From the IMG/VR virus record IMGVR_UViG_3300017722_005389: a stretch of 64,000 nucleotides of DNA. One strand, given 5' to 3'. Origin of the DNA: a virus. Lineage: Duplodnaviria; Caudoviricetes. Positions 37,903-47,626 of this stretch are shown one piece after another. Both the position numbers and the translations under genes were made by a program. The notes below the pieces were generated by a model. That model worked only from the letters and a program-made list of their open reading frames with translations. It had not been told where the DNA came from and ran no database searches. How positions within the stretch are numbered: position 1 is the first letter of the stretch; every line of letters begins with the position of its first letter.

Positions 37903-38223
37903 TTAGTTGTTTAATTTTTCTTCAGAAGGTATTTCTGGTTCTTTAGGAAGTATTTCGGTTTCTTCAGGAAGTAAATCTTTTGCTTTTGATTTTCTGTATC
38001 CGAGAAGTCCTACACCTATACCAACGAAAATGATACTTTGAGTTACCACATCGATATCTTTTGCCAGGAACATTTTATCAATGCATCCTAAGAAGAAGCA
38101 TAGTGTTCCTACGGAGCATATCAAAATTCCCATAACGCCTGAAGCTGAGGTTTTTCCATCAGAGTTAGATGTCATTTGAGCGAATGAGAATTTGTTTATC
38201 ATTTCGTTAAATTTCTTTTTCAT
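37903..38223 (-). CDS. two-TM membrane protein (holin-like)
   Basis: Two hydrophobic helices, charged tail. Confidence 0.55.
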   Translation of the reverse strand: MKKKFNEMINKFSFAQMTSNSDGKTSASGVMGILICSVGTLCFFLGCIDKMFLAKDIDVVTQSIIFVGIGVGLLGYRKSKAKDLLPEETEILPKEPEIPSEEKLNN

Positions 38224-38278
38224 TGGTTTTTTATTTATAAATATTCCATATTTCTCTTATATTTATAAAAAAGACAAA

Positions 38279-40072
38279 ATGATTTTACCGATTGAGCAAA
38301 AAAGAGATGAAATAATTGAAAAAATTCAAAAGAACCAAATAACAATCATAAGCACCCCCACTGGATCGGGAAAAACCATGATGGTTCCGAAGTATGCGTA
38401 TGATTTGCTTGGGAAGCAGATTTTTTGTACTGTACCGAGGCGGATACTTGCGACTGAAGCGATGAACAGTGCGAATGACATACATGGTGAGGAGTTTGCA
38501 GGATATATTCATGGAGAAGGAACGTTTAATAAAGAAGCCCCAGTTTGTTATATAACTGAGGGTTCTTTTATTATGAGGAATATGGCTGATAAGTTGACTG
38601 TTGGTTCTGTGGTATGTTTTGACGAAGTTCATGAGCAGGGCAAGATTCTTGAGACATTGCTTTATGCTGCCATTGGGTATGCTGAAAAGGGTTTGAAGAT
38701 TGTTTTAATGTCTGCGACTTTGGATATTCCTAAATACAAGGGTTATTATGAAAAGCGAGGTCTTTCTGTTGGGGTTGTATCGCTTCCACCTGCGGAGAAA
38801 TTGTTTGATATTTCTTATGAAATCACGGCTTCTCCAGAGAAGTCTGTTGCAGAGGCTGCGAAGGCTGGTGGCAGGGTTTTGGTTGGTCTTTCTGGCAAAG
38901 AGGAGATTGAGCGATTTCAGAGGGATGTTGTTCGAACTTTCAAGGGAAAGATTTTTCAGATTCATGGGGAGGTTGAGATTGAGGAACAGGAGGAGGCTTT
39001 GGCGTGTTTGGAGCCATGTGTTTATCTTTGCACGAACATGGTCCAATCTGGTATAACCATCAAGGGTTTGACACATGGGTATTTTGATGGATTTGGGAAG
39101 AGGATAGAGATGGAGAAGGGTGAGAACAAGCTTGTGAAATATAAGTTGTCTAAAAGTGAAATGAAGCAATGGTATGGCAGGTTGGGCAGGTTATGTGCTG
39201 GGACAATTTTTATAACGAATAAAAAGGATATTGAGTTAGAAGGTAGGGATGAGATGCCAACGCCAGAAATTTTAAGAACTTCTTTGGAGGATATCATTCT
39301 TTATTTTGCATATATGGGATTAGATTTATCTGAATGTGTACTATTAAATAAGCCTCCAAAAGAAAACATAAGACTTTCTGTGGAGGTTTTGAAAAAATTG
39401 GGATGTGCTGATGTTTCAGGCAAAGTTATTTCGTATGGATTGGCTGTGATTTCTGAAGGGGCTGGTGTTCGGGGTGGAATTGCTGCTATAAAGGGAAGAT
39501 TTTTGAGTTTGGAGAATTTGGCTAAAAAGGTTGCTTTGGTATCAAGTTACAAATCATTTTTCAGCAAGAATGGTGAGATGACAACACCTTTGAATATTAT
39601 AACAAAGTTTATTGGGGATGATTTGTATGAGAAGTACAAGCATTCTGATTTGTTGTTGCAAGTTGGGGTTGTGGAATATTTTATCAAGAAGTATTCTGTT
39701 ATCAATGATAAGAGGACTGGTTATGTTATACCTGAGCTTGAGTTGGAATTGTTCAAGCAAGAGTGTGACAATGCTTTTATTTTTAGAAGAACCTTACAAA
39801 ACATCATATATAATTTTTATAAGATTGATAGGTTGACTGTTAATGGTTCTGAGGAGATTGAAAATATTGATCTGGTGATAAAGGCTATGTATGCTGATTG
39901 TATAACTGATGCGTTCTTTGGTAAGGCATATGATGGAAAGAATTTCAGAAAAATTGTGCATAATTCAAAGGCTGTTCAACTTCTTAGGAAGAACGCTGTT
40001 GGCAATTTTGTATGTCTTGAGGACAAAAGGAACAAGAATATTTTTCTTTTGGAGAATGTAACATATATATAA
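38279..40072 (+). CDS. HrpA/HrpB-like DEAH-box RNA helicase
   Basis: TPTGSGKT, VPRRI, DEVHE, MSAT, TNMVQSGITI, QWYGRLGR, PEILRTSL; start moved to MILPIE. Confidence 0.85.
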   Translation: MILPIEQKRDEIIEKIQKNQITIISTPTGSGKTMMVPKYAYDLLGKQIFCTVPRRILATEAMNSANDIHGEEFAGYIHGEGTFNKEAPVCYITEGSFIMRNMADKLTVGSVVCFDEVHEQGKILETLLYAAIGYAEKGLKIVLMSATLDIPKYKGYYEKRGLSVGVVSLPPAEKLFDISYEITASPEKSVAEAAKAGGRVLVGLSGKEEIERFQRDVVRTFKGKIFQIHGEVEIEEQEEALACLEPCVYLCTNMVQSGITIKGLTHGYFDGFGKRIEMEKGENKLVKYKLSKSEMKQWYGRLGRLCAGTIFITNKKDIELEGRDEMPTPEILRTSLEDIILYFAYMGLDLSECVLLNKPPKENIRLSVEVLKKLGCADVSGKVISYGLAVISEGAGVRGGIAAIKGRFLSLENLAKKVALVSSYKSFFSKNGEMTTPLNIITKFIGDDLYEKYKHSDLLLQVGVVEYFIKKYSVINDKRTGYVIPELELELFKQECDNAFIFRRTLQNIIYNFYKIDRLTVNGSEEIENIDLVIKAMYADCITDAFFGKAYDGKNFRKIVHNSKAVQLLRKNAVGNFVCLEDKRNKNIFLLENVTYI

Positions 40073-40099
40073 TTTTAAGACTATTTATAGATAAAAAAT

Positions 40100-41851
40100 A
40101 TGAAAATAAGATTAACTGAATCGCAGTATATTGATTTTTTAAATGAAAAAAAATTAAGATTCTTAAGAAAAAACGGTTGCAATACTTGCAATAAAAAAAG
40201 TGGATTATTAGCAGAAATGTACTTACAAGAAGATTTAAAGGTAGGTAAAGGTGTTGTTTGTTTGAATCAAAATGATGTTGCAGAATATATAAATTCTGTT
40301 AGGCTGGGTGCAGTAAAAATTGCTGATAAATACAAACAGTTTCTCGATATTATTAATTTTAATAAATTACAAGGTAAAACATTTACTACAGCAAATCCAT
40401 TTATACATGGAAAATCTAAATTATTTTTCGATGATGAAGGAGGTGTACAAACAGAAAATAAACGTATTACTCAATTAAAAAAAGAATTAGATGAATTATA
40501 TACAGAGTATCGAAAGGCTATAACTTCAAAAAGTGGTTCTGCAGATAACATAGCTAATAAAATAAAGAAAAGGCTTGGAAATCTTTTAGATATATATGAA
40601 GGTTTAGAGGTTGATATAGAAAATTTTAGAAAGAATTTATTAGTTGAGCCAAGAACTATTATCAGTAAGAATGAAAAAATGATGAAATCTGGGGGCAAGA
40701 ACGATGTAGTTGTAAATACAGGTATTCCAGCTGTTGGAGCTATTGTATTTAATACAGCAGCTAATGAATTTCAAATGGTTGAGACTTGTCCTGGTAGGGG
40801 TACTTGTGTTAATTTCTGTTATGCATTGACAAGTAATTATACTCGTTTTATGGGTACTTATGATGTTATGATAAGAAGGTTGAATTTAATGATTAATAAC
40901 CCTAAAAAATATGAAGATAAATTATTTAATGAATTATATAATTTAGCTAAAAATAAAAATGCTTTTTTATATAAGGCTGAACTTAATGATGTTGTGAGAA
41001 ACTTCATTTCAAAAGGAAAAAAACAATTAAATAATCTAAAAAATCAAAATCCTGAATTGAGTTTTGATGAAATTTTTGATTTCAAAAAAATAGGATTAGG
41101 AAAGGAATTTGAAGAATATATGACAGCTTATTTAATTGAAAAAAAGAGGGTAGTGTTAAGATGGAATGATTCAGGAGACTTTTTTAATGAAACTTATCAA
41201 GTATTAGCATCAAATGTATTAAAGCGATTAAGAGATTTGGATGTGTATATTGTCAGTACGACTTATACCAAGATTGCAGATGTTAGTGCAGATGTTAAAA
41301 AATTGTTTAGTAAAGAAATGGATTTTGCAATTTATTCTATAGGTGGTGCAAGTAAAGTTGAAACTAAGAAGTTTAATGCTGCAACTGAAACTAATAGACC
41401 TATTAAAAAGGCTATAAGTCCTCAAGGTGATATATTTATAAATCCTATAACAAAAGAACCGTATGATTATCTTTTTTCAGATTTAAATTATATCTTAGAT
41501 ATAAGAAAACAAAAGGAACCAAATAATAAGATATATACTGCTATAGCTAAAACTTATTTTAAAACTGAATATAATCCAAAGGATCATATACAATCAAGTA
41601 AAATTAAAAATGAAATAGAGTCATTAATTCCATCTGTAAGAGAGGAATTTAAAGAGCAAATGAAGGAATACTTAAAAAGAGAATATAATGAATCTGTTAG
41701 TTTTTTTGATATTGTTTTTCTTGATGAATTAAAAAATAATCCAAAGAAACAATATGGTGAAAAAAGATATTATGTTATAGTTCCAAAAGGATCTGGGGAT
41801 GATGCAACCATATACAGCACTACTAAATGGATATTGAATTTATTACACTAA
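40100..41851 (+). CDS. GP88-like domain protein with virion-type leader
   Basis: CPGRGTCVNFCYA, LRWNDSGDF, YTK; MKIRLTESQY leader. Confidence 0.7.
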   Translation: MKIRLTESQYIDFLNEKKLRFLRKNGCNTCNKKSGLLAEMYLQEDLKVGKGVVCLNQNDVAEYINSVRLGAVKIADKYKQFLDIINFNKLQGKTFTTANPFIHGKSKLFFDDEGGVQTENKRITQLKKELDELYTEYRKAITSKSGSADNIANKIKKRLGNLLDIYEGLEVDIENFRKNLLVEPRTIISKNEKMMKSGGKNDVVVNTGIPAVGAIVFNTAANEFQMVETCPGRGTCVNFCYALTSNYTRFMGTYDVMIRRLNLMINNPKKYEDKLFNELYNLAKNKNAFLYKAELNDVVRNFISKGKKQLNNLKNQNPELSFDEIFDFKKIGLGKEFEEYMTAYLIEKKRVVLRWNDSGDFFNETYQVLASNVLKRLRDLDVYIVSTTYTKIADVSADVKKLFSKEMDFAIYSIGGASKVETKKFNAATETNRPIKKAISPQGDIFINPITKEPYDYLFSDLNYILDIRKQKEPNNKIYTAIAKTYFKTEYNPKDHIQSSKIKNEIESLIPSVREEFKEQMKEYLKREYNESVSFFDIVFLDELKNNPKKQYGEKRYYVIVPKGSGDDATIYSTTKWILNLLH

Positions 41852-41854
41852 TTT

Positions 41855-42427
41855 ATGTCAAATCAAAGACCGAATACATTTCAACTTCTTCAGAACATTG
41901 ATGGTTCTGAAGAAGTTTATACGCAAAATAACGGAATCAGTGAAAAATTCACTGTTGATCAGGTAAAAACGTATATTCTTCAGAACGTTGATGTTTGGGA
42001 GTATAAGGAGTTTATTTTGACACCATCAGATTTGGCACAAATTTCAACAGTAAAGTTTCAGCTTCTTGATGAGAATGATTTGGGTTCTGATGAGTATTAT
42101 GAGATTGGCAGAATAATATTTGAATCAATTATTAATGAGGCAAATAATATTCCTAATGATGCAGGAAAACCTCTTTATTTGGTATATAAACAAAATCCGA
42201 CAATACCTTACACTGATCCTCATCCAAACAATGCTTTTGTCGATGATTTACCATCCACTTTGATAGGTTGTAGTTTACCTGTGGTATTTAATTATTACAT
42301 GAACAAATCTTTTAGAGAATTTACGCCAAATATGGGATTATATTTAGATTCTCAACTTAATGGAGGTGGCGGTACAGTTCAATATAAAATAAAAATTTAT
42401 TACAAGAGGAGACCTATTAACTCATGA
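41855..42427 (+). CDS. putative structural protein, paralog 1 of triplet
   Basis: IDGSEEVYTQ N-module, LLDE..L...EYYEI core, KIYY end. Confidence 0.7.
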   Translation: MSNQRPNTFQLLQNIDGSEEVYTQNNGISEKFTVDQVKTYILQNVDVWEYKEFILTPSDLAQISTVKFQLLDENDLGSDEYYEIGRIIFESIINEANNIPNDAGKPLYLVYKQNPTIPYTDPHPNNAFVDDLPSTLIGCSLPVVFNYYMNKSFREFTPNMGLYLDSQLNGGGGTVQYKIKIYYKRRPINS

Positions 42428-42966
42428 GTATAAAAAGACCTACAGATTTTCCTGTGAAACCATTTATTGATGGTTCTGAAGAAATTTATACCCAGACTGG
42501 TGGAATTAATTATAAATTTACAGTCAATGATGTGGCTTCTTTAGTGTTACAAGGAGTTAACCAGTGGTTATATAAGGAAGTTATACCTAGTAGCTCTGAA
42601 TGGGAGAGTGTAGATGTATCACCAATACAGCTTTTAGATGAAAGTTTGTTGGCTCCTAATGAATTTTATGAAGTTAACAGGATTATATGTGAGGTTATTG
42701 TCGGGGCAGTTTCAGGTCTTGATAAATCTCCTATATATTTTTTATATAAACAAAATGCTTTAATCCCTTTAAATACTTCAAGTACTATTGGAGCAATTGA
42801 TAGTACATTTTATGAATCAACCGTTAATGCTGTTAATGTTTATTATATGGAAGAGATTCCTGGATTGTTTCAAAAAGGAGATGGATTATATTTACAATCA
42901 TTTATTGATGCAGTTCCTAATGATTCAGTTTACACATTTAAGATTTATTATAGAATAAGCAGTTAA
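42424..42966 (+). CDS. putative structural protein, paralog 2
   Basis: As above. Confidence 0.7.
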   Translation: MSIKRPTDFPVKPFIDGSEEIYTQTGGINYKFTVNDVASLVLQGVNQWLYKEVIPSSSEWESVDVSPIQLLDESLLAPNEFYEVNRIICEVIVGAVSGLDKSPIYFLYKQNALIPLNTSSTIGAIDSTFYESTVNAVNVYYMEEIPGLFQKGDGLYLQSFIDAVPNDSVYTFKIYYRISS

Positions 42967-42968
42967 TT

Positions 42969-43490
42969 ATGGCAAATGTAAAACCTAATGAGTTTCCAAT
43001 GAAACCATTTATTGATGGTTCTGAAGAAGTATATACCCAAACGCCAAGTGGCAATTACAAATACACTCTTTCAACAGCAATTGACTATATTTCCATTGGA
43101 GTTGATAAATGGGAGTCTATGGAATTAGTTTTAACCCCCTCAAATATGGGAGTTAGTATAAATATTTTGGATGAAAATTTATTGGGTGTTAATGAATACT
43201 ATGAGATTCATAAGGTGGTTATTATGTATGATTTTGGCACAATAGCATATGATCAAAACTCATCAATTCGTTTTAGATTTTTGGATAATATAAATGCATA
43301 TATTTACAACTTTTTTTCACTACCAAAAACTTTTTTTGAAGAGCCAAATAGTTTTGTATCTTATTTTCATACTCAAAATGACCATGACCCATATTCTAGG
43401 AATACAGGTTTTTATTTGGAAGGCACCGATAGTTTATCAATCGGTGATGGTACTATAACAATTAGGGTTTATTACAAGATAAATTCTTAA
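42969..43490 (+). CDS. putative structural protein, paralog 3
   Basis: As above. Confidence 0.7.
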   Translation: MANVKPNEFPMKPFIDGSEEVYTQTPSGNYKYTLSTAIDYISIGVDKWESMELVLTPSNMGVSINILDENLLGVNEYYEIHKVVIMYDFGTIAYDQNSSIRFRFLDNINAYIYNFFSLPKTFFEEPNSFVSYFHTQNDHDPYSRNTGFYLEGTDSLSIGDGTITIRVYYKINS

Positions 43491-44014
43491 GAAATCCTAT
43501 TATATTCTCTAAAACTATGAGGATATTCGTTATAATCATCTGCTTCATAAGATTTTTCATAAGAAATCTCCCATTCATCCCAATTTACTGGTAAATATGC
43601 ATCTGGATTTTCAATTTCGCCTTGCATTTCGGTTATAAACAGCTTATCGCATAAATTTATACCTTGTTCATACAAATTTTGACCTCCAATGATGTAAATA
43701 TTCTTCTTTAGAAGGGTTGTACTATATAAACAGTTTATCAAATCATGAAAAAGCAAAGTATTTTTAGCATTATAGTTTTTATCTTCAGAAATTATGCAAT
43801 TTACTCTAAAAGGATTGGCTTTTCTTTGATTTCTATCCTGATTTTCAAAAGTAAATTCGTCCATAATGACAATTGATCGCTGGGTTTTAGATCTTTCGCT
43901 TTTTGTATGCAATTTTGTCAAAAATGGGAACAAATTATCTTTAAAAGTGGCACCATTTTTATCAATTCTTGTGAAAATCGATATAAATGGCTTTTGTCGA
44001 GGGGTTTCCTTCAT
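43487..44014 (-). CDS. folA: divergent dihydrofolate reductase
   Basis: IYIIGGQNLY...CDKLFITEM...DAYLP...W...YPHSFREY; N-terminal motifs degenerate. Confidence 0.7.
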   Translation of the reverse strand: MKETPRQKPFISIFTRIDKNGATFKDNLFPFLTKLHTKSERSKTQRSIVIMDEFTFENQDRNQRKANPFRVNCIISEDKNYNAKNTLLFHDLINCLYSTTLLKKNIYIIGGQNLYEQGINLCDKLFITEMQGEIENPDAYLPVNWDEWEISYEKSYEADDYNEYPHSFREYNRIS

Positions 44015-44018
44015 TATT

Positions 44019-44273
44019 TTATTTGGTTTTTATGGATTTCAACAGAAATTTATCTTGTTCTACTGAAATTTCGTTCATTTTCATTTGTAATGAGGTAAAT
44101 GTTGACAAAAGTTCCATTTTATAGGTGGATTTTTTGTCATCATCAGGGGTTTCTTCGATTTTTTTAAGAATATTGTGGCAATTTTCGCTTAAATTCCAGT
44201 ATTCTTCGTCTAAATTTTTAAAATTTTCGTTAAAAGTCTCGAAATTTCTTTGGAGTGTTGATATTTTGTCCAT
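44019..44273 (-). CDS. coiled-coil hypothetical protein
   Basis: 84 aa. Confidence 0.6.
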   Translation of the reverse strand: MDKISTLQRNFETFNENFKNLDEEYWNLSENCHNILKKIEETPDDDKKSTYKMELLSTFTSLQMKMNEISVEQDKFLLKSIKTK

Positions 44274-45588
44274 TTGATTGCATTAGATTCTTAAGAAGCT
44301 CCTTCATTTCATATGGAGGGGCATCTGTTACGTCATTATTATTAGTAGGAGAACCTTTTATCCATGTAGAAAGTTCATATATATCGTCAAAATCTATTTC
44401 ATCTTCATTATTCCTAATTCTTTCGCTCCATTTCTCCCAAACACCCTTTCCATAGTTAAAAATATCTCTTAAAAAGTCTAAAATTTCCTTATTTTTTATT
44501 TTTTTTATATCTTTTATGTTAAAATGTTCACTATTATAACTATAAAAGTAGTTTTCTAAGTTTCTAAAGAGGTTTGAAAGCTTGTTTTGGACTAATTTTA
44601 ACTTCTCAAGAGTGATTATATAGTAGATTTTATCTAAATTTAACGATTTTACTGAATAAATGTTTGCAATATGCTTAAGATTTTTGCCTATAATCTTCTT
44701 TGAATTGATTGCTTCTGTGTGATCAGTTGTCACTTTTAACACTTTATTACCTCCAATATCGTAAGCATGACCGAATAGACCCCCACCTAAATGCTTATAA
44801 GAAGTGATCCCAAGCTTATCGAAGATTTTATCCATGAAATCATACCCTTTATTTTCTTCATTTATGTTAAAGTCTTCAGGATCTTCATCAAAAGAATCAA
44901 AATAATTTCCAAAGCCGATATCAAAAATTGCTAAATCCCCATTAGGTTTCAATCCCCAATTAGAAACATTTAATATTTCGCCAGTATCTATATTATTTTC
45001 GCTTAATTCATCAATCATTGAAAGCATTTGATTGAATAACCATTCAAATTGCTTGTTTTTCAATGGAGGGATTTGTATATCGTCTATAGTACCATGTTCA
45101 TAATAATGATGCATGATTTCTGCTAAAGACATTTTTTGTTCAGAGTACTCTAAAAGTTTTTTTTTTGAAGGGTTGTAATTTTCAAATATTTGAGGATTAA
45201 TTCTTCCAAATTTTCTCATCATAACACCTGCAAAAGAATTTGCTTCATTTTCATGAGGGCTTCCATCCTCTCCAGAGAGGTTTGTAAGCTCTCCATTGAG
45301 ATCTTGTTGAACGTGTTTAAGTTCATGTGCTATACTTCTTAAAATGTCTCCTATATGCCTATTTTTAACATATACACAAAGGGATTTATCGGAAGGTTTA
45401 TAATGTGCAAAGGTTGAGAGTTCACCATCCCTTTTAGTTTTTAATTTTATAGCAAGTTTCTGCTTTATATTAAGTTGTTCTTTGCAAGAACTTATAAATT
45501 TCTTCATAAGTTCAAATTTTTCATCGGTAATATATGGGTGTGAATCTGGAAGATTGCTGTATTGTTGTTCAGTTATAAGAATTTTCAT
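44230..45588 (-). CDS. HExxH domain + kinase-like protein
   Basis: AHELKHVQQ...HENEAN; NWG...LAIFDIG; LGGGLFGHAY...VLKVT. Confidence 0.65.
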   Translation of the reverse strand: MKILITEQQYSNLPDSHPYITDEKFELMKKFISSCKEQLNIKQKLAIKLKTKRDGELSTFAHYKPSDKSLCVYVKNRHIGDILRSIAHELKHVQQDLNGELTNLSGEDGSPHENEANSFAGVMMRKFGRINPQIFENYNPSKKKLLEYSEQKMSLAEIMHHYYEHGTIDDIQIPPLKNKQFEWLFNQMLSMIDELSENNIDTGEILNVSNWGLKPNGDLAIFDIGFGNYFDSFDEDPEDFNINEENKGYDFMDKIFDKLGITSYKHLGGGLFGHAYDIGGNKVLKVTTDHTEAINSKKIIGKNLKHIANIYSVKSLNLDKIYYIITLEKLKLVQNKLSNLFRNLENYFYSYNSEHFNIKDIKKIKNKEILDFLRDIFNYGKGVWEKWSERIRNNEDEIDFDDIYELSTWIKGSPTNNNDVTDAPPYEMKELLKNLMQSNGQNINTPKKFRDF

Positions 45589-45618
45589 GAATAATCTTTA
45601 ACTATAAATATATTCTTG

Positions 45619-45978
45619 TTATTCAAAAATCAAATGCCTACCATTTTCTTGAAATACAACTGAATGTAAAATATTGTTAGTAAAATGAAGTATAATCCAT
45701 TTTCCCCATTCAGGGGTTTCTTTTTCGTACATAAATAATTTATATATACCATTGATTTGTCTATGGTAAATTTTGCCTATTTTTTCTTTTATAATGGTAT
45801 TTTTAAATATCACTGTGATTTCTGTTGTATCAGAATTTATTGTAATTTTAGAATGAATTCTTTTTACTTTTTCTTCATCCCCATATATTTTAGTCATTAA
45901 TTTTGATTCAAAAGAAAATTGTGCTTTAACTAAATTGGACATTCCAATTAATATAAAAATAACAAGTAGATTTTTCAT
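45619..45978 (-). CDS. exported hypothetical protein
   Basis: Signal peptide ending VKA-Q. Confidence 0.65.
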   Translation of the reverse strand: MKNLLVIFILIGMSNLVKAQFSFESKLMTKIYGDEEKVKRIHSKITINSDTTEITVIFKNTIIKEKIGKIYHRQINGIYKLFMYEKETPEWGKWIILHFTNNILHSVVFQENGRHLIFE

Positions 45979-46028
45979 AGATTTTATTTTTTTTATGGTT
46001 TATGAGTATTTATTAGTAAATAAGTATT

Positions 46029-46478
46029 ATGAATAATAAAAATAATAAATTAAATTACATTAAAAATCTTATTCGAGAACAAGTGCAACTTGAATTTAAA
46101 AGGAAAAATAATTTTTTAAATGAGCAAGAGTTGGGAAATAATGAAATAGAACTAGTTTTTAATTCATCAGAAAATGGTGGTAGTTTTTTTATTAAAGATG
46201 TTAGTAAAAGGCAGAACCTTTTGTCAAAATATAAATATCTTAATTTGACAGGTTTTAGAAGATTCAAAGGTGATAATACTGTTGGAACACCTAATTTGAT
46301 CGAATTTGTTATAAATTTAAATGATTATAAATATAAAGTAACTAAAAACGATTTTGTTGTGAGTTATAATGATCAAACTAAAACAATAAATGTCGATTTT
46401 AAAAATCTGTCAGTAGGAGGTGTTATAAATTTGATCACTCCTAAAGGTATGAAAGTTCGACATGATATGCGTTATTAA
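46029..46478 (+). CDS. hypothetical (putative virion) protein
   Basis: IKNLIREQ...FLNE leader. Confidence 0.65.
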   Translation: MNNKNNKLNYIKNLIREQVQLEFKRKNNFLNEQELGNNEIELVFNSSENGGSFFIKDVSKRQNLLSKYKYLNLTGFRRFKGDNTVGTPNLIEFVINLNDYKYKVTKNDFVVSYNDQTKTINVDFKNLSVGGVINLITPKGMKVRHDMRY

Positions 46479-46483
46479 GATTA

Positions 46484-47626
46484 TTAAATAATCAATTTTT
46501 TCTTTAGAATTTTTTCTATATTCTTTATTTGTTTATAAGAAATAACTATAAGTTTATAACCATTATTCTTTGCAAAAAGTTTCTTTATTTTATCATTTTC
46601 TTTTTGAATTTTGAATTTATCTTCTCCACCGAAGATTTCTATAGCTTCATAATGTTGTTTTCCATTGAATTCTATTAAGGTTTTTAAAGAAGAAATATAA
46701 AAATCAAAAGAAAGCTGAAGGATGTTTCTGCATTTTTTAAATTTCTTTTGGGATGTAAATTTTATTTTATTAAAATTTAGATATTCTCTTATGATTATTT
46801 CACCTTTAGATTCTTTACATTTTGGACATCCTTGCCCTGATGTATGTGAATGTGCTCTTTGGGTGAAATAACCATGTTTTTTACATTTTATTTTTATTTT
46901 ATCATTTGATCCTTTATATTCAACTTTTGAATAATCGTATTTATTCTTATGTTTTTCTTTACATTTTTTTAAGAAGTAATCAAGCTCATTTATCAGTTTA
47001 CCTCTTGAAATATTAATTGCGCATTTCGGGCAGTCAGATTTTCTCAAATGATCAACAGCTCTTTGTTCAAATTCACCATGTTTTTTACATATAATTTTAA
47101 TTTTAGATCTAACTCCTTTATAATTCACCAAGGAATAATCATATGTTTCACCATGAATTTCTTTTGCTTTTTTTATGAAGCTTTTTGTATCTAATCTATA
47201 AGTATTTTTTTCTTTTTGGATTTTACATTTTTTCCCTCTATCAATATATCTGCATTTTGGGCAATTGAACCCTGAAGCATGTATTCTCGGAAGTTGTTCG
47301 AACTCTCCATGTGATGGGCATATTATTTTTACTTTTATATTATTATTTTTATAATCCACCAAGGAATAATCATATTTGTTACCATGAACTTCTTTTGATT
47401 TTTTAATAAATCCTTCAGTATCATTTTTGCTTGTATGGCTACATTTGGGACACCCTGCAGGATTTTTTCTAATATGAGATTGAGCCGTAGTTTCAAAAAT
47501 ACCATGTTCTTTACAAATTATTTTCATAGGTATTTTAGAATTTATATAATTAGCTAAAGAATAATCATACCTATCCCCATGTATTTCAGTTGCCTTTTGA
47601 ATAAATCTTTCTGTAGTGTATTTCAT
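46484..47626 (-). mobile_element. putative homing endonuclease (DUF723-like Zn repeats + Vsr/DUF559-like nuclease)
   Basis: 4 x FI.KA..IHG..YDYS.V.Y...KIKIIC..HG.F.Q...H...CPKC; C-terminal FDFYI...IEFNGKQHY. Confidence 0.75.
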
